Shown: piece after piece, positions 53,672 to 64,000 of the stretch
Layout: each line of letters begins with the position of its first letter
Numbering within the stretch: position 1 is the first letter of the stretch
Source of the DNA: Eledone cirrhosa
Lineage: Eukaryota
Direction: 5' to 3'
DNA: 64,000 nt
Assembly (NCBI GenBank): GCA_964016885.1
Contig: OZ024741.1
Coordinates: 177,816,001-177,880,000, forward strand
Translations under genes and position numbers: made by a program
Notes under the pieces: model-generated
What the model was told of the DNA's origin: nothing
What the model saw: the letters and a program-made list of their open reading frames with translations, nothing else
Databases searched by the model: none

Positions 53672-54567
53672 TAGTACTAAAGATACTATTTATGGTTATG
53701 TATATACTAAAACCTTTTATAGTTATATATATTTTAAACCCTAAACAGTGAAAGACAGTAATTTATTACTACCTTATTACCAGTAAGATAAATAGCTCAA
53801 TGTAATAACATCAGTTGTTCCACAGAGCAGTTATATAGAAATTACATGAATCAAAGTTCTGTTCAAACCATTTATTCGCTTACAATTGTTTCATCCAAAC
53901 CGAAATTTGGCGTCTTCGGAGCAATTGTTCAATGATTGTTTACATACATGACCTCCTTTCCAACACAAGAGACATACCGAAACATATGTATATATCTATG
54001 CACAGTGGGTTGACATCCATTATAATATTTTAGCATGGCAATTTACATTCAAAGATTAAAGTCATATTAAAAGAAAATAACAACAAAATTAAAATTAAAA
54101 CAAAGAAAATAACAACAAAATTAAAGTTACAACCCCCATAATACTCTTGATTGCCCGCTTAAAGTGCTTGTATTCCATATAACACCTTACCGCACTATAA
54201 TCTTATATAAATAAGACACACGTGCATGCCCCACGTCTAACTATTGCATACAATATCTACTTCTAACTATCCTCTTGCATTATATTCGTAAACTGCCAAT
54301 GTTGTATTTTAACTTTAATTTTGTTGTTATTTTCTTTTAATATGACTTTAATCTTTGAATGTAAATTGCCATGCTAAAATATTATAATGGATGTCAACCC
54401 ACTGTGCATCGATATATACATATGTTTCTGTATGTCTCTTGTGTTGGAAAGGAGGTCATGTATGTAAACAAACATTGAAAAATTGTTCCGAAGACTCCAA
54501 ACCTCGGTTTGGAAGAAACAATTGTAAGCGAATAAATGGTTTGAACAGAACTTTGATTCATGTAATT

Positions 54568-54570
<3 letters not shown>
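53672..54570. mobile_element. Solo fold-back pLTR of the 45602-49038 PLE family
   Basis: 53838-54125 inverted vs 54305-54570; homologous to 48760-49038; CCGAAGA HHRs at 54483-54531 (+) and 53876-53924 (-); 53672-53758 resembles 45602-45690. Confidence 0.85.
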
Positions 54571-54598
<28 letters not shown>

Positions 54599-55677
54599 TG
54601 TGGGCCATGCTCCTAAAGTATAACAATATCGGTTTCAAGATGATTTTGTATTAGTAATTTTGCAAAAACAAATACAGAATCTATATACATATATATAGTT
54701 CTTTGGCAAGGTTAAAACATCATTTGCAACGCCATGCATAGCTACATACATCTTCTTCCAATTAAATACAACTCCCTATCCGCATGTGTGCAGCAATATA
54801 TTGTTTAGATAGGATACGTAATTTGTTGTAAACCAAGAAGAGATTCAAAGAAACACTATCATAAAACTTTCTCGAGATTCCGTTAAATGACTTTGATACT
54901 TATCTTACAAAGAACAAAAGAACGAATAGCATTTCTATTATTAACTTAATATTATTTCTCTTTCAATCTGCCTTTCTTCTCCTTCTCTACACGCTAGAAT
55001 ACATAAACACTTCGCGGAAGCAATACTGTCGAGTAATTATATATATATATTTTTTTCCTTTCCATTTCATCATGGCCGAAATAGCTACATAGAAATAATT
55101 TACGCTATAACTCCAGAAATGGTAATATGACCTGCAAATGTTGACTGTGTCAATAGAACTATGCTTCACCTAGTTGATCTTTGACATTTTATCAAAGAGA
55201 ATTGCAAAGTTGCATTTAAGGAGATTATCAATAATTTGATCCTTCAGTGAGAAGTGTAGGATGCTCAAAGCAATCACTAAACAACAGTATTTGCTTATTC
55301 ATGCTATGAATAGAATTAGAGTCACAGAAGAGAGCTGATTTCGGGAAATTTCAAATAAACTAAAATCTTGGAGACAACATGCTGAGAACTTATCAAGAAT
55401 CAGAGGCGAGGATAGATCCATTTATAGAAAGACGGTATAACAGATAGACAACGAAATATGATATATACATATACGTTTATATATATTGTTATACTGGGGG
55501 AGGGTCATATTTGTGTAATAATATTGCCAAAATTAATAACAGAACACACTCAATGTTTGGTTGGTTTTCGCTTCTGTGTTTTTATATCGTTTAATTTAAT
55601 TTATTCGGTCCCCAATGTTGCGATTGACTGTCCAACGGTCATTTAGTTATATTCAATTATTGTGTGTGTATAAATAT

Positions 55678-55724
<47 letters not shown>

Positions 55725-55758
55725 AAAGAATAGAGGTGTAACACACAAGTTATTATAT

Positions 55759-56655
55759 ATTGGTAAACGGAATAGAAAATGCTGACAAATTGTTCACAGT
55801 TGAAAAAGGTTTACTTAGGAATAAAAGAGTATTAGTAATTGTATGGGTTAGTATTCAGTTGTGGTTTTAAGTTTTTAAGTTTTATTTACTTGTGAAGTCT
55901 GTGATGAAGCTGAATTCCTTGTTAGTGAGTCCTTCTTTGTATTGGTTGATTAGAGTTTTTAGGTTTCTCATAATTTTCTGTTCATTGTAGTGTTCAGCCT
56001 TTTCGTAGTATGTTTCGTTTTCCAAAGTGGAGAGCGCTAAGTTGATATAGAATTCTGTCTCCATTAGGACTACTGTACTCCCTTTATCAGCCTCTTTAAT
56101 TGTAATGGTTCTGTCGGTTTTTAATCTATTTAATTCTTCCCATTCTTTCTTTTTGAGGTTTGGCTTGTGTTTTTCTATGTGCAAGTGTTGGTAAAGGAAG
56201 TTTGTGATGTGTTCACAGAATTCGTCCAGGATTTTATTTCTACCTTTTGAAGGGGTGTAATTGCTTCTATTTCTGGCTAATGATTCATCATCATTGTACT
56301 GGTCGAATAGTTGTTCACTAAGTCGTAACTTTCTACAGAAGTCTGTAGTCCTAATGGAGACAGAATTCTATATCAACTTAGCGCTCTCCACTTTGGAAAA
56401 CGAAACATACTACGAAAAGGCTGAACACTACAATCAACAGAAAATTATGAGAAACCTAAAAACTCTAATCAACCAATACAAAGAAGGACACACTAACAAG
56501 GAATTCAGCTTCATCACAGACTTCACAAGTAAATAAAACTTAAAAACTTAAAACCACAATTGAATACTAACCCATACAATCACTAATACTCTTTTATTCC
56601 TAATTAAACCAGTTTTCAACTGTGAACAATTTGTCAGCATTTGCTATTCCGTTTA

Positions 56656-56660
<5 letters not shown>
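55759..56660. mobile_element. Fold-back fragment of a Penelope-like RT N-terminal region
   Basis: PNL...L.RLK.D..ITIKEADKGSTVVLM...Y motif (ORF 55882-56184); 55759-56072 inverted vs 56345-56660. Confidence 0.8.
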
Positions 56661-56729
<69 letters not shown>

Positions 56730-56789
56730 TACATATTTATACACACACATATATATATATATGCATACATACACATACACATAAATAAA

Positions 56790-59700
56790 CTGACCCACGT
56801 CCCCCCCGGGATGGTCCCTTCTGGGCTGACCGCGTCTGTCCTCGTCGGAATCGAGGACAAAACGACTGTACTGCAAGTATAGAAAAAAGTAAGAGAAGAT
56901 TGGGTCGGCACCTCCATTGAGATGTTAATTCAAACCAACCGGGAGTGCATCGAAGCTATCCCGGTTGTGATAGACTTCGATAACGGCACTCATGCCCATA
57001 AGTGTTGAGGGCAAACGCCCGAATTGATTTCGCTGCGGATCGAAGACTCACCTCAGGGCCTTCTGCAACGAGAAGACCCTGAGAAAGGAGAAAACGCCTC
57101 TCCTTCCGAAACCGGCTCCACTGCTACCAGCAACAGGACAAGCGGCAACCAGGTACGATTGGTCCGTGGCACCCATACTCACGCCACGGAATTCAAGAAC
57201 AGCAGCAGCAGTGGAAGTATTAACAACAACAACAGGAATACCAACTGCAGCTGCAATAGAGACTCCACTGCAAACATCACCAACAACAACAAGTGAAAGA
57301 GTGAAGCTGGTACCCCTCCCCGACCGCACAGAATCAGACATGGAGCGTGAGGTGGGAGAGGGATGGCAAATGGTCGTAAGAAGGCTCACACGCAGAAGCA
57401 GCGCATCGTCGCCTTCGAAAAGGGAGGAAAGAAATGAAAAAAGGGTAAAGGCTACTGCAAAGAGACTCACACCAGCAACACCACCAACACCATCACCACC
57501 CACACTAGCATCACCATCACCACCGGCGACAACCCCACCGCCAACAACAACAACACCTTCAACACCACCGCCACAAGCACCAACATCGCAAACACAACAA
57601 CAAAACACTAACACCCAGCAACAACGACTAAAATAGCAGAACCACACCCCACCGCCAGAAAAACAAATGCACGGCAATAAATATACACAACAAGAAACTA
57701 ATGACTTACATAATTGAACCCACAGACATTTCACAGCATGAATACATAATACCAGCATCAATCAAAACGCCAACGAACATAAGACTGGTAAAAATAGCAC
57801 AGAAACAATACACAAACACTAATACAAAATTCACCAACGCAGTTGTTAATTTCAGAGACCTAGGAGGGACTCTCAACCGGAGAGTATATTCGGACATACT
57901 CATAGAAGAGCCGACGACCAGCCGAAGGGACGATCCAACGGTCCCTTCACCAGACGATCAAGTGAAAAGGGATGGAGAAACCATCCTTCATCTACGAAAA
58001 GTACGGTAAGTGGTCTTTCCAATCTTTTCCACTCCATTTTAAACATGACCTCACTCAGAAGAGGCAGAATAAATGCGCGTGGCTTGGGGTCGTCATGGAA
58101 GCAGGGTCACATGCTCAACGACCTCAGGTCACTAAACATAGATGTAGTGGCCATCAGCGAGACCAAAATCTCCGAAGCACGGGCCTTCGCACCGATCTTC
58201 GGCGGCTACGATGTGTACGCATCTCCCAGCCGTCCTGGATCGGGGGGAGGGGGAGTTGCTGTGCTTTTTTGGAGAGGTTTGGATCTTACCATACGGGCCA
58301 TCTTCCTGGACCTAGAGGGTAAGTTGGTGGTGCTGCACGTGACCAGCGGAGACGGGCAAGCTTTCAGGCTAGTGGCCCTCTATGCTCCGACAGGAGCAGG
58401 GCGGCCTGATTTATTCCGGCGTCTGGAGACCTATCTTGGAACGTCCCACTCTTTAGTGTTAGTGGGCGACTGGAACGGGATCTTAGATGCACGCTGCGAC
58501 TGTGGGATTAGCGGATAGGGGTGGAGGGTGCAAGAGCCTCACCAACCTGCTCAGGCGTTTTGAACTATCTGACAGGTACCGATTGGATTTCCCGAATGTG
58601 CCAATGTGGACTTGGACAAATCGCATAGGGTCATCCAGATCATATCTAGATAGAGTATTTTGTAGGGAAATAGATAGGTCTAGCATAGGCTGTCCACAAT
58701 TCAAGATATGCAGCTACACGGACCCCAAATTCGTGATCTGTGTGCTTGACTTAGATAGGCTTCATAGACGAGGACCCGGCTACTGGAGGCTAAACGCGTA
58801 CTTACCAGCGCGCAAGGCCTACAGAGACCGGATTAGCGAACTAGTTGAGCGGGCGTTCACGGGGGCCATCGTCAACAACAAGTGGTGGTTTGCTCTGAAA
58901 AGAGCGATTAGAATAGAATCCATTAGGTTTAGTAAGGCTTTAGCAATAGAGAAAAATAGAGCAGAGGGAGAACTAGTTAGAAAATTAGACGAGGCGCTTA
59001 GCAAAGGCATCGTGACCGACGTGCTTGTGGCGAAATTGGCCCTTTACCAATTCTTCAATGCAAAGCACGAAGGCTGCGTTGTCAGAGCTAGGGTGCGTGC
59101 TCTCAGACACGAGGGGACGAAAGCCGTTCAATGGGCCCGAGTGGCGGAGGCGCGTCGTGGCAACAAAACCACGATCCGGTCTTTGGTGGACCACGACGGG
59201 CGCATGCTACTCGATCCCGGGCAAACGTGCGAAGCTTTTCAGCGACACTTCGCTCAGCTGTTCGGGGAAAGCGGTGGGCCGGGTCGAGGGATGAACTTTA
59301 GTGTCTACCTCGACGGACTGCCGCGGTTCTCGGCCACTGAGGCGTAGTGTTGCGAAATGCCGATAACAGCCGCTGAAGTACGGGAGGCAATGACTAGCTG
59401 CACAAGGGGTAAATCGCCTGGTTTGGATAGTCTGCCCTATGAACTTTACGTACAGATGCCAGACTTGTTCGGAGGCCTCTTGGCGGACGTCTACAGCAAC
59501 TGGAAACAGAACGGGAGAAATCCCAGCTCTGTGAGCCAAGGGGCGGTGGCACTGCTGAGAAAGGATCCGAACAAGGGGGATAACATAAATAATTTCAGTC
59601 CCATAACACAGAGTTCAAGATTTTGGCCAAGGTGCTAGCAAAGAGGTTGGCGCTTGTCGTTGGTGGTCTGGTGGGAGAGGCGCAGACATGCGCCATTCCC

Positions 59701-61346
59701 GATAGATCCATCCACTACAACTTCCACCTCATGCGATACATCGTAGAGAGGGTAGCTAGGGAACCTGGCACGGGTGGGTCCATGATCAATTTAGATCAGT
59801 CGAAAGCGTTCGATAGGGTCGACCATCGTTACCAAGCGGCAGTCCTGATGGCGGCTGGCTTTGGGCCCGTCTTCAGAGGTTGGATCTCTGCCATGCACAG
59901 TAACATCTGCTCTGTGGTGAGAGTGAACGGTCACCTTTCAGAACCGTTCAACATCATGCGCTCGGTCCACCAAGGATGTCCCCTCTCGTCAATCTTGTAC
60001 GTATTGACTTTTTAGCCATTACTGCACAAACTGGAGACGTTGAGGGGCGTCCCGCGCGAACTAGGATGCGGAAGATCCGTGTCAGCATATGCGGACGATG
60101 TCACCGTAGTGGAGTCGAGCCCCAAACACATTGAGGCGATCGGCACTACACTAAGAGAATACGAAGCGGTGACAGGAAAAGTCAGTGGGCCTGCAGCTCG
60201 GCACCTGGAGAGGCAGGTCCATGCCGTCTAACAGCATCGTCGGGCGCTGGCCGGACGGACCAGTTAAATTGCTCGGGGTCTGGTTCAGGTCCGGATCTCC
60301 AGACGGACAAAAACTGGGACGAGGCGACGAGCAGGGTGGCTTCTCTCACCCAGAAATGGGCGGAGAGGAAGCTATCCCTGAAAGGTCGAGCGTCTGTCAT
60401 CTGCTACCGCCTGACCGTCGTACCTTGTCCTAAGCACCGCCTGACTGCGCTGGAGCGTTTTCTCTTTCGCTTTTTGTGGAAGGGACGCGCTCCGAGGGTC
60501 AGGGGTCCATCTGCTGTCAACACCCGCGTCGACGAAAATCAACTAGCCAATCTGTTCGGAAGAACATTCGGGTCGGGACCTATGGACAACTTCCAGAAAT
60601 CTCTGGCCTGGCAGTGCTACCGAGGAGCCTTGCCAGTTCGGGATAAACTCTACAGGCATGGAGGTGCTGTCTGCCGGGCATGTCCGAGATGCGCGCAGGG
60701 CGACGAAACCGTCCTGCACGCACTCGTCCAGTGTCCGAAAATAACTGACTTGTGGGTTTATGTCGAAAACCTGCTGTCGCGTGTAGGACGGATCCGGCTA
60801 TCATCTGAGTCCATGGTGAGGATTGCCCCGCCCTCTTCCTTTAGCCGGGAAGGGCAGGCAGTTTTTATCTGTCTGGTGGCCATGGCGAAAGAGATAGTAT
60901 GGTGGACACGTTTGAAAGGGCTGAAGACGAGCACTTACCTCTTCGGTGATGCCCTGATTGACTTTTTCAAATTTCATTGGAAAAGGAAAATCAGAGTAGA
61001 GAGGGAAGTGCTCTCTTCCCAGTATGTTGTTGAAAGATGGGTGAGAGAAGCAAGAATGGCCCGAGTGAATGGGCCTATTTTGAGTACGTATCTGTAAATT
61101 AAAGTTGGAAACCTGGGAAAGGGCACTTGCCTTGGTGGTCAGGGTCACTGTGGCTTTTTACTGGGCTTTTTCCACAAATGTCCCTCCGAAGTCTCCCCCC
61201 TATTGGGAAATTTTTCATTGTTATTTTTAGGTGACATCCTCTGTTTTTGTTTTTTACACGCAAAAATGCCCATTTGTACCGACCTGTATTGTCCTGCACT
61301 GTCCTTAATGTCTACTTTAGGTAAACCCTTGTGGTTAATAACGAAA
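56790..61346 (+). mobile_element. Tx1/L1-clade LINE, near full-length, disrupted
   Basis: ORF1-like low-complexity region; APE endonuclease (INARG, SETK, GDWN, YLDR); RT (KSPGLD, LDQSKAFDRVDH, QGCPLS, YADD); CxxC...H...C zinc knuckle. Confidence 0.9.
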
Positions 61347-61380
61347 TCATTATTATTATTATTATTATTATTGTTATTAC

Positions 61381-62215
61381 TCTTTGAGTCTCAGTCATTG
61401 ATGCTAGTTAACTGGAAAGTTTGTTGAAATGAATATCAAGCCACTACCTGCAGCCTTAGATATTCAGGACGTATCGGAGATTTCTTGCTGTTCCCAGCAA
61501 GCATGCCTTTTGAAGCGTTCCAAAAAGCGTGAAGGGGCCAATTTTCTTTAACCATCCCTGGAAACTTTTTGAGATAGTCCCTAGTGCGCCTATGACAATC
61601 GGGATCACTTTGACTTCACGGCAGTTCCAAATCCTTTTTACCTCCCACTTTAAGTCCTGGTATCGGTTAATTTTCTCCCTCTCCTTCTCTTGCACTCTCG
61701 TGTCGAATGGGCAGGCCACATCCACAATCAGGCACGATCTTTTTTCTTTGTCCCAAACCACCATTTATCCTTTCCCTCATTGTCGAGTGCTTGATTCCGT
61801 CTCCTTCACAAACACCTAGATATTTGTAAGTTTTTTCTTGATCAAGTTCTCTTATCACGTTCCCCCTATCAAGATTAATGCCTGAACTCTTCAGCAGCTT
61901 TCCTCTGGTGAACGTTGCTTTGGAGCATTTATCTAGTCCAAACTCCACTTTAATGTCATCACTGAACTGCTCCACAGTGGATAATAGCCCTTGCAATTGT
62001 TCATCATGTTTTGCAAATAGTTTCAGGTCATCCATGTAGAACAAGTGATTAATGGTTTTGTCATAGACTTTATATCCATGTTTTGTTTCATTGAGCATTT
62101 TACTTAATAGTATAAGTGCGATGCAGAATAAAAGCGGTGATAAAGAGTCACCCTGAAAAATTCCACAATTAATATTAACTTCTCCAGCTTCCAGTGATTT
62201 TGTTTCACTATTCAA
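61381..62215 (-). mobile_element. Chimeric Dong/R4-clade LINE fragment
   Basis: RT piece GIFQGDSLSPLLF...YMDDLK (62215-61764) joined to RLE 3' end IVDVACPFD...EKINRYQDL (61763-61456); between (TAA)n tracts. Confidence 0.8.
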
Positions 62216-62244
62216 AAAATATTATTATTATTATTATTATTATT

Positions 62245-64000
62245 CCTTGAGTCTCACTCATTGATGCTAGTTAACTGGAAAGTCCGTTGGAATGAATATC
62301 AAGCCACTACCTGCAGCTTCAGATATTCAGGACGTATCGGAGGGTTCTTGCTGTTCCCAGCAAGCATGCCTTTTGAAGCGTTCCAAAAAGCGTGAAGGGG
62401 CCGATTTTCTTTAACCATCCCTGGAAACTTTTGGAGATAGTCCCCAGTGCGCCTATGACAATCGGGATCACTTTGACTTCATGGCAGTTCCAAAACCCTT
62501 TTTACCTCCCACTTTAAGTCCTGGTATCGGTTAATTTTCTCCCCCTCCTTCTCTTGCACTCTCTTGTCGAATGGGCAGGCCACATCCACAATCAGACACG
62601 ATCTTTTTTCTTTGTCCACAACCACCAGGTCAGGTCTATTGTGTTCCAGTTTCTTGTCCGTCTGTATCCTAAAATCCCACAGCACCTTCACCTGATCGTT
62701 CTCTATCACCACCTCTGGCTTATGCTCATACCATTTCTCAGAATGTGTTAAATTGTTTACTTTGCACAGGTGCCAGTGGATCACCCTGCCCATCACATCA
62801 TGTCTCCAGCCCTTATAGTGGGTCTGGGCTAGGTGTTTACACTCGGATACAATGTGAGCCACAGTCTCCTCTCTCTCTCCACAGATCCTGCACAGTGGGC
62901 TAGCCTCCTCCTTGTAAATATGGTGTTTCAACCACTTCGTTTTGAGGGCCTGCTCCTGCGCAGCCATTAACATTCCTTCTGTAGCCTTTTTAAGGTCTCC
63001 TCTTCTAAACCAGTTCCATGTCTGTGGATCTCTAAATTCAGTTTTCTCAAAGAAGGTACTATGAAGGGATTTTTCCTGAAGGCTGCTCTTTCTCCTTGAT
63101 GTTATTTCCTCCTTGGACATCCCCTGGCCTATTGTCCCCTCCTTCAGTACAGTTCTGAGCATTGGCTCCTTACTATCAGTCACGTATTTGTGTAGGTTGT
63201 TTTTCTCCATCTGAACACAGTCCTCTATGCTGATAAGACCTCTTCCACCCTCAGATCTCCTTAAGTAGAGTCTATCGACATCACTCCTCTTGTGGAACAT
63301 GTTGTAGATAGTCAATAGCTTCCTAGTATTCCTATCCATTTCCTTTTTGTTCAGCAACATTCCATCTCAGGATTCCCGCACTGTACCTAATAATAGACAC
63401 AACTCGGGAATTTACTGCGCTTATGGCATTTCTGCTGTTCAGATGTGACTTCAATACGCTCCTTACTCTCCGAATGTATTCAGTTCTTAACAATTCCTTC
63501 ATTTTTTTGTTCTTTATGCCATCAGCCTCCAGAACGCCCAAATACTTGTATCCTTCCTCATAGTCAATTTCCTTTATCATCTCACCTGTTGGTATCTGGA
63601 TTCCGTTACTTCTGCTCAACCTACCCCTCCTCATCACAATGACTCCACACTTACTAATACCAAACTGCATACATATATCACTGCTGAAAATACGGACAGT
63701 GTCAACAAGCACATCCAACTCCTTCTTACTCTTCCCGAAGAGCTTAAGATCGTCCATGAAGAGGAGGTGATTGATGGTAAGCCCTCCCTTTCCCAACCTG
63801 TATCCTGCTCTCACTTTTCGCAGTACACTGGTCAGGGGCATCAGGGCAAGGACAAACAGTAGAGGGGACAGGCTATCTCCCTGGAAGATACCTCTCTTGA
63901 TCCTCACGCTTCCCAAGGATTCTCCAGTTGATGTCAACTCTGTTTCCCAGGACCTCATACTTTTGCCCAACAACTGTCTGATGTTATCTGCCACCTTGAA
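62245..64000 (-). mobile_element. Dong/R4-clade LINE (RT + CCHC + restriction-like endonuclease), extends beyond window
   Basis: GIFQGDSLSPLLF, FMDDLK, YKYLG; CRIC...ETVAHIVSEC, RHD, RPDL..D, DVACP, EKINRY; 3' end abuts (TAA)n. Confidence 0.92.

Noticed and set aside
57048-57761. 237-aa Val/Gly/Cys-rich minus-strand ORF
   Set aside because: Antisense shadow of the Pro/Thr-rich ORF1 region of the Tx1-like LINE

Overview
AT-rich, microsatellite-dense eukaryotic DNA, probably a cephalopod (Octopus-like; inferred from the SINE family and repeat landscape, not proven). No intact host gene could be supported; most short ORFs are microsatellite artefacts. The window is a nested transposon graveyard. 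It holds several Penelope-like elements (PLEs) of Naiad type (YRDD RT plus CxCx5C-GIY-YIG), a full-length decayed Helitron nested inside an older opposite-strand Helitron, RTE, CR1-like, Tx1/L1-like and Dong/R4 LINEs, and about 7 tRNA-derived SINEs. The most striking signal, found by hand folding, is about 13 loci (about 19 copies) of type I hammerhead ribozyme (HHR) motifs. Most lie in fold-back (inverted) pseudo-LTR structures inserted in (TA)n. They include non-canonical cores (U3:A8 compensated TTGATAA/TTGAAAA, CCGAAGA, TTGAAGA), a recurring class with 57-102 nt stem-II inserts, and two non-coding retrozyme-like tandem units, one with snRNA-type octamer motifs. Boundaries of decayed elements are approximate and all ribozyme activity is predicted, not shown.
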